Assembly: GCA_018648585.1 (NCBI GenBank)
Contig: JABGQW010000019.1
Location: forward strand, 3,133 to 67,132
Length of the DNA: 64,000 bases
Direction of reading: 5' to 3'
Source: a bacterium
Lineage (GTDB): Bacteria; Patescibacteriota; Gracilibacteria; UBA4473
Notes under the pieces: generated by a model
Told to the model about the DNA's origin: nothing
What the model saw: the letters and a program-made list of their open reading frames with translations, nothing else
Databases searched by the model: none
Translations under genes and position numbers: made by a program
Part shown: piece by piece, positions 18,485 through 26,750 of the stretch
How positions within the stretch are numbered: the first letter of the stretch is position 1
Layout: each line of letters starts with the position of its first letter

Positions 18485-18966
18485 AAAAATTGACTCCTCG
18501 CGATCTCGAAAATTTGGCGTTGCAGTCCGCTGCGCCGAAGAAAAAAATTCCCGCAATCGGGCTCGATCTCGGTGAAAAATTTTGCGGGCTGGCGTGGTCT
18601 CCGGACGGCGTGGTCGCACTGCCGATCGAAGCCGTGCCGATCGAAAATTTGGACGCGGCACTCGAACGCGCACGCGAAAAATTTGAAGAAAAAAATCCGG
18701 TACTCGTTGTCGGACTGCCGGTTTCGGGCGACGGGAGCGAAAATTTGTGGTGCCAGGAAATTCGAAAAATTGCAAAAAATTTGGCGAAAAAATTTACAAT
18801 TGAGCTCGTCGACGAACGCGGGAGTTCGCAGGCTGTTTTGTTTTCTGCAGAAAATAAATCCGATCGTGCCGAACGAATCGACGATCTCGCCGCGGTGAAA
18901 ATTTTGGAATTTTGGCTCCAAAAAAGTGGTGACAATCTGCCCGAAGCAAGTAAAGTTCGAGTATGA
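18481..18966 (+). CDS. ruvX: Holliday junction resolvase-like RuvX/YqgF
   Basis: IGLDLGEKFCGLAWS ... VVGLPVSGDGSE ... VDERGSS pattern. ATGA overlap with the upstream gene. Confidence 0.85.
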   Translation: MKKLTPRDLENLALQSAAPKKKIPAIGLDLGEKFCGLAWSPDGVVALPIEAVPIENLDAALERAREKFEEKNPVLVVGLPVSGDGSENLWCQEIRKIAKNLAKKFTIELVDERGSSQAVLFSAENKSDRAERIDDLAAVKILEFWLQKSGDNLPEASKVRV

Positions 18967-19526
18967 ATCGTGAGATCGAAACAGAAGTTTTGAAATTGGT
19001 GCGCCGCGCGCAAACCGGCGACGAGTCGAGTTTTGCAAAAATTTTTGATCTTTTTTTCGATAAAATTTTTCGGTACGTGCGATTTCGTGTCGATCCCGAA
19101 GACGCTGAAGATTTGACGAGCGAGGTTTTTTTGAAAGTCGTGGAAAATATCGAGAAATACAAACCGCAACACAAAATTGCATTTTCAGCGTGGATTTTTC
19201 GAATCGCGCACAACACCGTCGTGGATTTTTATCGGAAAAAACGCGAACTTCTCGGACTGGTGGACGCCGACGGAAATTTGAAATTTGATGTGGTGGACGA
19301 CGCGCCATTGCCGCCAGAAATCGCACAAAAATGTTGGGAGCACGCACAAATTCACGAGATGCTCGCGAAACTTCCAGCAGGACATCGAGAAATTTTGGAA
19401 CTGAAATTTTTAGAAGATTTTTCGAACGCGGAAATCGCAAAAATCACCGGAAAATCCGAGGGAAATATTCGAGTGATCCAGCTCCGAGCGCTGCGCGAAA
19501 TGCGGAAATTTTTCCCGGAGAAATAA
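18963..19526 (+). CDS. RNA polymerase sigma-70 factor, ECF-type
   Basis: Region 2 (DAEDLTSEVFLKVVENIEKYK, WIFRIAHNTVVDFYRKK) and region 4 (FSNAEIAKITGKSEGNIRVIQLRALREM). Confidence 0.88.
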   Translation: MNREIETEVLKLVRRAQTGDESSFAKIFDLFFDKIFRYVRFRVDPEDAEDLTSEVFLKVVENIEKYKPQHKIAFSAWIFRIAHNTVVDFYRKKRELLGLVDADGNLKFDVVDDAPLPPEIAQKCWEHAQIHEMLAKLPAGHREILELKFLEDFSNAEIAKITGKSEGNIRVIQLRALREMRKFFPEK

Positions 19527-20837
19527 TTATTTTTTCAAAACTTTTTTGACGAGCGCTCGACATTTCGCACCCAACCAACACGCAGCGATCCGTCCGCGGT
19601 GCGAGATTTTTAAAACTTCTGCAAAATCGCGCCACACTCCGTCCGGAAGTTCCTGTTTTTTTTCGCCTCCGAAAAAATGTCGCCGCACTTCCAACACCGA
19701 TTTTAAAAATGAAATTTCCTCGCCGCGCCCCGCTGCGAGATTTTTTTCTCCGATTCGAATCAGTTTTTGAAAATGAGCAAAAAGAATTTCGTATTTTTCT
19801 GAAATGGTGCGCTCGGGTTCGTAAATTTCCAGTGGCATCCCACCGATCCCGTTCATTTCGATAATTTTGAAATTTCCGTTTTTGAGTTCTTCCAGATTTT
19901 CTGAGCGCAGATCGAACCGCCCCGCGAAAATTCCGTCCGGATTTTTGATCATTTTTTCGACCGCCGCCACGAGCGCCGGATCGTCGGCGGAAACTGAAAT
20001 TTTTTGAAATTTTGTCCCGAACGAAATACTCGCCGCCCGGGAAATCACGCGCGTTTCGCCCGCGGGTAAAATCTCGTCGGCGTGGTGCCGATTCCAGTTT
20101 CGAATTTTTTCTGATTTTTCCGGAGAAAGTCCGAGTTCCGCAATTTTTTCGTCGACAAGTTTTGAAATTTTTTGTGTGCCATCGCCCAAAATTGTTGGCA
20201 ATTTTTTTTCGACGAGCGAATCGATCGAAATTTTTTCCGTCTCCGGATCACGCGACCACGACAGTCCAAACTCAGATCTTGTGTCGGCAAATTCTTCAAA
20301 AATCATATTTTTTTCACCGGCATTTTTTTTCAAAAAATCGTCAATTTCGTTTTCTTGCAAACACTCGAAAAAACTCGCGCGCTCGCCAACGGCGGGTTTG
20401 AAAATCACCGGAAACTGAATTTTTTCGCCGTACTTTTTTTCAAAAATTTCGTCGAGATTTTCGCGCGTTTCCGGCACGATTTTGAAAAATAAATTTCGCG
20501 GCCGCAGCGACTCGTCGAGCCGATCGTTGATTTCATTTTTTGACGTGCCGAGCATTCCCGAAACGCCAGAAATCCCAGGATTGACCGCGTTGAGTTTTCC
20601 CATTTTTGGCTGGATTTCCACCGCGACTGGAAAAAATTGGACAAGCCACGGACAACTTTCGAACGAAAAATTTGGATCGGTTTTTTTCTGTTCCGCGATA
20701 AAAATTCGAACACTCTCGATCAGTCGCCGAACGCGTTTTTTGCGCGCAGATTCGTTGAGATTTTTAATTTCTTCAAACTCCGCCCACAGAGAGCGACACG
20801 CGGTTTCGTTGTCTGATGAAAGTTTTTCCGGTACCAT
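19527..20837 (-). CDS. ATP-grasp-fold ligase-like protein (function unknown)
   Basis: ORF trimmed to ATG 20837. C-terminal [36 protein letters not shown] resembles the ATP-grasp C-domain. The start is uncertain. Confidence 0.45.
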   Translation of the reverse strand: MVPEKLSSDNETACRSLWAEFEEIKNLNESARKKRVRRLIESVRIFIAEQKKTDPNFSFESCPWLVQFFPVAVEIQPKMGKLNAVNPGISGVSGMLGTSKNEINDRLDESLRPRNLFFKIVPETRENLDEIFEKKYGEKIQFPVIFKPAVGERASFFECLQENEIDDFLKKNAGEKNMIFEEFADTRSEFGLSWSRDPETEKISIDSLVEKKLPTILGDGTQKISKLVDEKIAELGLSPEKSEKIRNWNRHHADEILPAGETRVISRAASISFGTKFQKISVSADDPALVAAVEKMIKNPDGIFAGRFDLRSENLEELKNGNFKIIEMNGIGGMPLEIYEPERTISEKYEILFAHFQKLIRIGEKNLAAGRGEEISFLKSVLEVRRHFFGGEKKQELPDGVWRDFAEVLKISHRGRIAACWLGAKCRALVKKVLKK

Positions 20838-20857
20838 CTCGCCGAAATTGTAGGCAA

Positions 20858-21916
20858 ATGGAAGAAAAAGCCCAGAAAATTCTCGCCGATTTTGCAGCGA
20901 TCGAAGCGGAACTCGCAGATCCTGCGACTTTTTCTGATCGAGAAAAAGCACGCACGCTCGGACAAAAACGGAAAACCATCGAACCAAAAGTTGAACTGGC
21001 AAAAAAATATCTCACGCTACTGCAACAGATCGCAGACGCGGAGGAAATGATGAACGAACCGGAAATGAAAGATTTGGCAAAATTAGAATTTGACGCGGCA
21101 AAAAAAGAACTCCCCGCGGTCGAAGAAAATTTGAAAGTGGCGCTGATCCCGCGCGATCCAAAAGATGACAACAACTGCATCGTGGAAATTCGTCCGGGCG
21201 CAGGCGGCGACGAATCAGCACTTTTTGCGGAAGAATTGACGCGCGCAATTTTGAAATATTCAGAACAGGTGGAATTTTCGAGCGAAATTTTATCAGAAAC
21301 TCAAAACGAAGGCGGCGGCACGAAAGAAATTATTTTCAAAGTGAACGGATTCGGCGCGTACGGAAAATTGAAATTCGAAGGCGGCGTCCACCGCGTGCAG
21401 CGAATTCCCGTGACAGAATCACAGGGGCGCGTGCACACATCCGCGGTTTCGGTCGTCGTGATGCCAGAAGTCGAAGAAACCGAAGTGGAAATCAATCCCG
21501 CGGAAATTCGCGTCGATGTTTTTCGGAGTTCGGGTTGCGGCGGACAATCGGTCAACACGACGGATTCGGCAGTGCGATTGACGCACGTTCCCACGGGAAT
21601 CGTCGTCACGTGTCAGGACGAAAAATCACAGTTGAAAAATAAAAATAAAGCGTTCGGAGTGCTCCGGGCGCGACTCGCGGCGATCGAAGAAGAAAAAAAA
21701 CAAAATGAACTCGGAGCAAAACGACTCGTACAAATCGGATCGGGCGATCGCAGCGATAAAATCCGGACGTACAATTTTCCGCAGGATCGCGTGACAGATC
21801 ACCGGATCGGGCAAAATTTCAGCAACATCGCGGGAATTATGGAAGGAAATTTGGAAAAAATCGTCGAAGCACTCGCGCTCGAAGAACAGAAAAGTTTGTT
21901 GGAACAGGCGGAGTGA
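20858..21916 (+). CDS. prfA: peptide chain release factor 1
   Basis: ORF trimmed to ATG 20858. PVT tripeptide (RF1 type) and GGQ motif (SGCGGQSVN). Confidence 0.93.
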   Translation: MEEKAQKILADFAAIEAELADPATFSDREKARTLGQKRKTIEPKVELAKKYLTLLQQIADAEEMMNEPEMKDLAKLEFDAAKKELPAVEENLKVALIPRDPKDDNNCIVEIRPGAGGDESALFAEELTRAILKYSEQVEFSSEILSETQNEGGGTKEIIFKVNGFGAYGKLKFEGGVHRVQRIPVTESQGRVHTSAVSVVVMPEVEETEVEINPAEIRVDVFRSSGCGGQSVNTTDSAVRLTHVPTGIVVTCQDEKSQLKNKNKAFGVLRARLAAIEEEKKQNELGAKRLVQIGSGDRSDKIRTYNFPQDRVTDHRIGQNFSNIAGIMEGNLEKIVEALALEEQKSLLEQAE

Positions 21917-21960
21917 TTTTTTTGAAAAACTTGCAAAACGCAAAAAATACGCGAAAAAAC

Positions 21961-21989
21961 TTGACTTTTGGCCAGTGTTTCCCCAAAAT
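21961..21989 (+). promoter_or_regulatory. promoter of nusA
   Basis: TTGACT (21961-21966), 17 nt, CAAAAT (21984-21989). About 62-nt leader. Confidence 0.5.
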
Positions 21990-22000
21990 CTGGACGAAGT

Positions 22001-22030
22001 GATGGTCAGGTTTGATCATCGCTCTTTTTT
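22001..22030 (+). promoter_or_regulatory. hairpin + T-run in nusA leader (possible attenuator)
   Basis: gatggtc-aggttt-gatcatc (one mismatch) followed by gctctttttt, between the promoter and ATG 22052. Confidence 0.3.
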
Positions 22031-22051
22031 CAGGTTCCGAATTTCGAAAAA

Positions 22052-23341
22052 ATGCAAAGTCAACTCCAAGCCGCCATCAACCAAATTTGCGCCGAAAAAA
22101 ACATCGACCAAACTGTCGTAATCGACGCGATCGAAAACGGAATCGCTCTTGCGTACAAAAAAGATTTCGGGCGACCGACACAAAAAATCAAAGTGATTTT
22201 GGGCGACGATATTTCTGATTTGAAAATTTTCGAAGAACGCGAAGTCGTCGGAAAAGTCGAGGACTACGATTTGCACATCACAGAAAAAGATGCGAAAAAA
22301 ATTAATCCCGTCATAAAAGTCGGCGAGATTGTGTACGTGCCGCTGAAATTGGAAGAAAATTTTGGACGAATTGCCGCACAAACAGCGAAACACGTGATGG
22401 GACAAAAATTACAAGAAGCGGAACGAGAAATGTTATTTAAAAAATTCTCAGATCGCGCCGGAGAAATGCTCACCGCGCGCGTGCAAAAAGTCGATCGCGA
22501 CGCAACGCTCGTGGAAATCGAAGGAATCACGACGCTGATGTACGCGCGGCAGCAGATTCCCGGAGAAAAATATTTTACGGGACAACGATTGAAAGTTTTT
22601 TTGGAAGCGGTCGAACTCACGCCAAAAGGCCCGCAGCTAAAAATCACGAGAACGAGCAAAAAATTTATCGAATCACTTTTTGAAGCGGAAATCCCAGAAA
22701 TGCGCGAAGGTCTCGTGTACATCGCGCAGATGGCACGCGAACCGGGCGTCCGCTGCAAACTCGCCGTTGCGTCCGAAGATTCGGGAATCGATCCGGTGGG
22801 AGCTTTTGTCGGACAACGCGGAAGCCGCATCAACAGCGTGATGGAAGAAGTCGGCGACGAACGTCTCGACGTGATTCAGTTTTACGAAGATCCGAAAAAA
22901 TTATTGATCGCAGCACTTTCTCCTGCGAAAATTGCGAAAGTTGAATTTTTCAAAGAACGAAACGAAGATCGTGTGAAAATTTTTGTGCGCGAAGAAGAAC
23001 GCGCGATCACAATCGGACGAAAAGGACAAAATGTTCGACTGGCGGGACAACTCGTCGGAATGCAAATCGACGTGATCACGTTTGACGGACCGATCGAGGA
23101 AGACGAATCCGCCACCGCCGCACCAGAAGCCAAGAAAAAAGAGAAAAAAGCAATCAACGAAAAACTCACGATCGAGCGTCTCGACGGCGTCGAACCAGCG
23201 GTGATCGCAACGTTGATGGAGCTCGGATTGTCGCAGATCAAACAATTTGAAGGACTTCACCCGGAAGAACTCGCCGAAATCGGAATCACGATGGATCAGG
23301 CCGAATCCGTGATAAAAGCGGTGAAAAAGTTTTTGTCGTAA
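22052..23341 (+). CDS. nusA: transcription termination/antitermination factor NusA
   Basis: 429 aa. N-terminal domain, S1 and KH domains (ITIGRKGQNVRLAGQL), C-terminal HhH-like repeat. Confidence 0.93.
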   Translation: MQSQLQAAINQICAEKNIDQTVVIDAIENGIALAYKKDFGRPTQKIKVILGDDISDLKIFEEREVVGKVEDYDLHITEKDAKKINPVIKVGEIVYVPLKLEENFGRIAAQTAKHVMGQKLQEAEREMLFKKFSDRAGEMLTARVQKVDRDATLVEIEGITTLMYARQQIPGEKYFTGQRLKVFLEAVELTPKGPQLKITRTSKKFIESLFEAEIPEMREGLVYIAQMAREPGVRCKLAVASEDSGIDPVGAFVGQRGSRINSVMEEVGDERLDVIQFYEDPKKLLIAALSPAKIAKVEFFKERNEDRVKIFVREEERAITIGRKGQNVRLAGQLVGMQIDVITFDGPIEEDESATAAPEAKKKEKKAINEKLTIERLDGVEPAVIATLMELGLSQIKQFEGLHPEELAEIGITMDQAESVIKAVKKFLS

Positions 23342-23342
23342 T

Positions 23343-24092
23343 TTACGCCGAAGAATCTTTTTTGGTAAAAGAATCCGTCTCGAGAACAGACGACACCGCG
23401 TTCCAAATATTTTTTTTCAACGCATCCAATTCTGGTTGTGGCTGATCGCTCAACACATCTGCGCACAAATCCGAAATCTCCGTTTTTGCTGTTTCAATTT
23501 TTTCTTTAAAATACTGAAATCGCTCGGTTTTCGCCGCCTCCATTTCTTGTAAAATTTTTTCTAACTTCTCAAGATCTTCATTTTTCGGAAACGCCGTCAG
23601 TCCGGATTGTTCGTGCAGCACCGCAAATTTTTGTTGTAATTCTTGCTTCTTTTCTGCCACTGTTTCTTGATTTAATTCTTTTCGAATTTCTATCAAATTT
23701 TCTACAAATTCTGAGGTTTTTTCTGCTGCATGTTTTTTCTTAACTCGATCCACTCCCAACTTTTTCAATGTCTCCAGATAAGAAAAAATCATTGATTTAA
23801 ATTTTTTCTGCGTCTCGTTCCAATCCTCATACAATGCGACTTTCCGGTTTTTCAGTTCGGCGTGACGATCTCGCTGCGCCTTATTTTCCACTGAAACATC
23901 TCCGTTGTGCTCTCCCACAAAAACGCTCTTTTCAAATTCTTCGCCTTTTTCAAAAGCAAGTTGTAAATCTTTTGGATCATCAAAGTTCACTTTCCCCGCG
24001 GTTGCTGTTTTTTGTCGAGCGACATCACCAAGTTCCTGATTCGGAAACTTTCGTCCAATTAGCCGAGGACTCCTTAGTTTAAATTTTCTCAT
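23343..24092 (-). CDS. hypothetical protein, paralog 1 (shared basic N-terminal domain + coiled coil)
   Basis: 249 aa. N-terminal ~60 aa (FPNQELGDVARQKTATAGKVNF..EKGEEFEKSVF) is shared with the adjacent gene. Consensus promoter directly upstream. Confidence 0.65.
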   Translation of the reverse strand: MRKFKLRSPRLIGRKFPNQELGDVARQKTATAGKVNFDDPKDLQLAFEKGEEFEKSVFVGEHNGDVSVENKAQRDRHAELKNRKVALYEDWNETQKKFKSMIFSYLETLKKLGVDRVKKKHAAEKTSEFVENLIEIRKELNQETVAEKKQELQQKFAVLHEQSGLTAFPKNEDLEKLEKILQEMEAAKTERFQYFKEKIETAKTEISDLCADVLSDQPQPELDALKKNIWNAVSSVLETDSFTKKDSSA

Positions 24093-24100
24093 GAAAGATA

Positions 24101-24129
24101 ATTATAAAGATAATTCCCGAAAAAGTCAA
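24101..24129 (-). promoter_or_regulatory. consensus promoter of paralog-1 gene, leaderless geometry
   Basis: Minus strand: TTGACT (24129-24124), 17 nt, TATAAT (24106-24101), then 8 nt to ATG 24092. Confidence 0.7.
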
Positions 24130-24159
24130 GAATCTTTCGATCTTCGCGCACAGGTTTTT

Positions 24160-24978
24160 TTACGCAAAAAATTCCGCATCAAAATCCTGCTGAAATTTTT
24201 TCGTCCAACTCTGAAAACATTGCATTTTCTTTTTTAATTTAAGTGATTTTTGTTTTTGGAACGTTTCCGGACATACGTGATCTACCCCACTGTACGCCGC
24301 CGGACATTCTTCATCACCAAATCCAAAGCAATTGTTTTCTGGAAACTGACACAAAAATTCAATCGATTTTTGCGCGGATTCTCCACTCACTTCATCAATT
24401 CCCGAAACCACATTTTTTATTTTTTCCACAATTTTTTGTACTTCCTGCAATTCTTCTGGTCGAATTCTTTTGAGCGTTGTTTTAAATTGACGCTGGAACT
24501 CTGTTAATAACAGATATTTTTCTGTAATTATTTCCGAATTCGCGTTCAACTCTGTTCGCACTCCACGTAATTTTTCGCCCAAAAGTTCTTCATCAGATTC
24601 CGCTCCCACGCAAGGACACGCCCAATGCAAATTTGACGTTCGTAAATCTCGCGTATATTCTTTCGCCATTTCTTTCACAAAATTCTGAAGATTATTCAAT
24701 TTTTTAAAAAATTCTTGTTGCTGTTCTTTCAGCTCGTTCAGCTGCTTTTTTCGCTGCTGAAAATCGAGCGGAATTTCCCCGTTGGTTTTCCTCGAAAAAA
24801 TACTCTTTTCAAATTCTTCGCCCTTTTCGACTGCGGCAATAAATTTCCCCGAATCTTTAAAATTCACGTTCCCGGCGGTCGCTGTTTTTTGACGAACTAA
24901 ATCTCCGATTTCCAGATTCGGAAAAACCCTGCGCACCGGGCGATGTTCGAGTTCATGGAGACGAAATCTTTTTGGCAT
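24160..24978 (-). CDS. hypothetical protein, paralog 2 (same N-terminal domain, Cys-containing C-terminus)
   Basis: 272 aa. FPNLEIGDLVRQKTATAGNVNF..EKGEEFEKSIF. Extra Cys motifs WACPCVG and CFGFGDEECP...VCPETF. Confidence 0.65.
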   Translation of the reverse strand: MPKRFRLHELEHRPVRRVFPNLEIGDLVRQKTATAGNVNFKDSGKFIAAVEKGEEFEKSIFSRKTNGEIPLDFQQRKKQLNELKEQQQEFFKKLNNLQNFVKEMAKEYTRDLRTSNLHWACPCVGAESDEELLGEKLRGVRTELNANSEIITEKYLLLTEFQRQFKTTLKRIRPEELQEVQKIVEKIKNVVSGIDEVSGESAQKSIEFLCQFPENNCFGFGDEECPAAYSGVDHVCPETFQKQKSLKLKKKMQCFQSWTKKFQQDFDAEFFA

Positions 24979-25047
24979 TTTTCTCGTTCAAATTTCCAAG
25001 CAAGTATAAAATAAGCCTTTTCTCAAAAAAAGCAAATTCCAAGATTT

Positions 25048-25902
25048 TTACACAAAAATAATTTCGTCCACTTTTTGGTCGTGCGGCAGTGTTGGGATTT
25101 TTTCAACAATCGCAAATTTTGGCAGCACGCAGATTTTTTTCCCGGAGAAAGTCGGGAGAAACTGGTCGTAAAATCCCCCGCCGCGCCCGAGCCGATTTTT
25201 TTGAAAATCAGCCGCAACCGCCGGAACAAAAATCACGTCGGCGTTTTTTTCTGGTGTGGAAATTTCCGGTTCCAAAATTCCAAATTTTCCCGGTCGCAGC
25301 GCAGAAAATTCGGAGGCGAAAAATTCCATTTTTTTTTCAAAAATTTTTGGGAAACTCCATTTTTTCTCGGGAAACTTTTTGCACAAATTTTCCACAAACG
25401 GAATTTCCGATGAATTTGGTGCGAACGCAAAAACCGCAACAGCAGCGAGAAAATCTTGATTCGCAGAAATTTTTTCGATCGCGGTCTCCGCCATTTTTTT
25501 TCGAGAAATTGTGGAAACTTTTTTCCAGCTGGACAAAGTTTGTGTTCGGAGAAAAAACTTCCGAGCCACGGCGATGTCGATCTGGATTTGCGCGAACAAA
25601 ATTTCGGGCGTTTCAAATTTTTGGATTTTTCGAAAAAATTTCAGAACGTCGATTTCCAAAATTTCACCATAAATTTCACTGGAAAAATCGAGCAAATGCA
25701 CCTCGATCGTAAATTTTTGATCAAACGTCGGGCGCGCCCCGAAATGCATCACGCCGCACAAATTTTCGTCGCCGCGCCGCACGCGGACAAAATACACGCC
25801 GGAAACCAGCTCCGGGCGCGGATCGGATTTCAAATTCGCCGTCGCAACGCCAAATTTTCGCCCAATTTTTAAACCGGACACGACCGTTCCAGAAAATTTC
25901 AT
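25048..25902 (-). CDS. fusion protein: riboflavin kinase domain (N) + 5-formyltetrahydrofolate cyclo-ligase domain (C)
   Basis: N-terminal GRKFGVATANL...GVYFV...HFGARPTF...EVHLLDFSSEIYGE is the flavokinase signature. C-terminal GILEPE...VIFVPAVAADFQKNRLGRGGGFYDQFL is the 5-FCL signature. Confidence 0.8.
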   Translation of the reverse strand: MKFSGTVVSGLKIGRKFGVATANLKSDPRPELVSGVYFVRVRRGDENLCGVMHFGARPTFDQKFTIEVHLLDFSSEIYGEILEIDVLKFFRKIQKFETPEILFAQIQIDIAVARKFFLRTQTLSSWKKVSTISRKKMAETAIEKISANQDFLAAVAVFAFAPNSSEIPFVENLCKKFPEKKWSFPKIFEKKMEFFASEFSALRPGKFGILEPEISTPEKNADVIFVPAVAADFQKNRLGRGGGFYDQFLPTFSGKKICVLPKFAIVEKIPTLPHDQKVDEIIFV

Positions 25903-26582
25903 CGTTTGACTTCGACGGGTTCGGAAGTGGAAAAAATTTCGCCGGATCTGGGATCGCGAATCACCGCACGAAAAATGTCTCCGACGCGAATTTCCTCGGT
26001 TTCGATAAATTCAAAATCACGATCATTTTTGATGGAAATTTCAACGCCCGATTTTTCAGAATTGGGAAAAAATTCGATCGCGGGACACCCGTCCGCCTCG
26101 CCAGAAACTTTTGGACAAAAATCCGTCTCGCTCGGAAATCCATCGCGATCGGGGTCGTCGGACGGCAGCGGGGAAAAATTCGTTGCAGAAAAAGTTTTGT
26201 TCGCGAGCCGAGAAATTTCATCGCGCTCGAGACTGGGATTTGGATTTGAAAGTGTCCCAAACCGCGGTTCGTCCGGCAGCACTCCGAGTGATCGAAGTTT
26301 TCGCGCCGGCAAATCGTGCGACGCGTCCGCGGAAATATCGGCAAAAAGTTTGACTGAAAAATCGCTCCCCCAGCGGTGATCCGGAAGTTGCGTGTCCGCA
26401 AATTTTGCAAATTCTTCGACCACCACAGATTTTCGCGCTTTTTCTGCCCGCAAAATTGTTCGCAACGAATCTGGAATTTTCTGTGTTTTGTCGATCGAAA
26501 CTTCAATCGTCGTCACCGGATCCAAAATTTTTTGAGAAGAAAATTCTGGAGTAAAAAACGGGGTGAAAAAAAACTCGAACAT
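25899..26582 (-). CDS. hypothetical protein with Asp-rich calcium-binding-like repeat
   Basis: ATG 26582 is supported by a promoter 7 nt upstream (an alternative TTG lies at 26618). SDDPDRDGFPSETDFCP is thrombospondin-type-3-like. ATGA overlap with the downstream fusion gene. Confidence 0.5.
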   Translation of the reverse strand: MFEFFFTPFFTPEFSSQKILDPVTTIEVSIDKTQKIPDSLRTILRAEKARKSVVVEEFAKFADTQLPDHRWGSDFSVKLFADISADASHDLPARKLRSLGVLPDEPRFGTLSNPNPSLERDEISRLANKTFSATNFSPLPSDDPDRDGFPSETDFCPKVSGEADGCPAIEFFPNSEKSGVEISIKNDRDFEFIETEEIRVGDIFRAVIRDPRSGEIFSTSEPVEVKR

Positions 26583-26589
26583 CGCCTGA

Positions 26590-26618
26590 ATTTTTGCAGA
26601 AACTGGGAATTTTCTCAA
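26590..26618 (-). promoter_or_regulatory. promoter of the 25899..26582 gene / fusion-gene operon, leaderless geometry
   Basis: Minus strand: TTGAGA (26618-26613), 17 nt, AAAAAT (26595-26590), then 7 nt to ATG 26582. Confidence 0.5.
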
Positions 26619-26750
26619 CTGAGAAATTGTCTTTTGGAGTTTTACGAAAACTTTGCGAAACTACCAGAGGAAGTTTTTTCTTCCTTCAATGTGTCACAAA
26701 AATATTTTTAATCGGTTGTCCAAAACGGAGTATATTTTTATTTTTTTCAG

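Noticed and set aside
18255-19440. Minus-strand ORFs 18255..19172 (305 aa) and 18430..19440 (336 aa)
   Set aside because: They are antisense to the well-supported SBP, ruvX and sigma-factor genes. No recognisable domains. Shadow ORFs.
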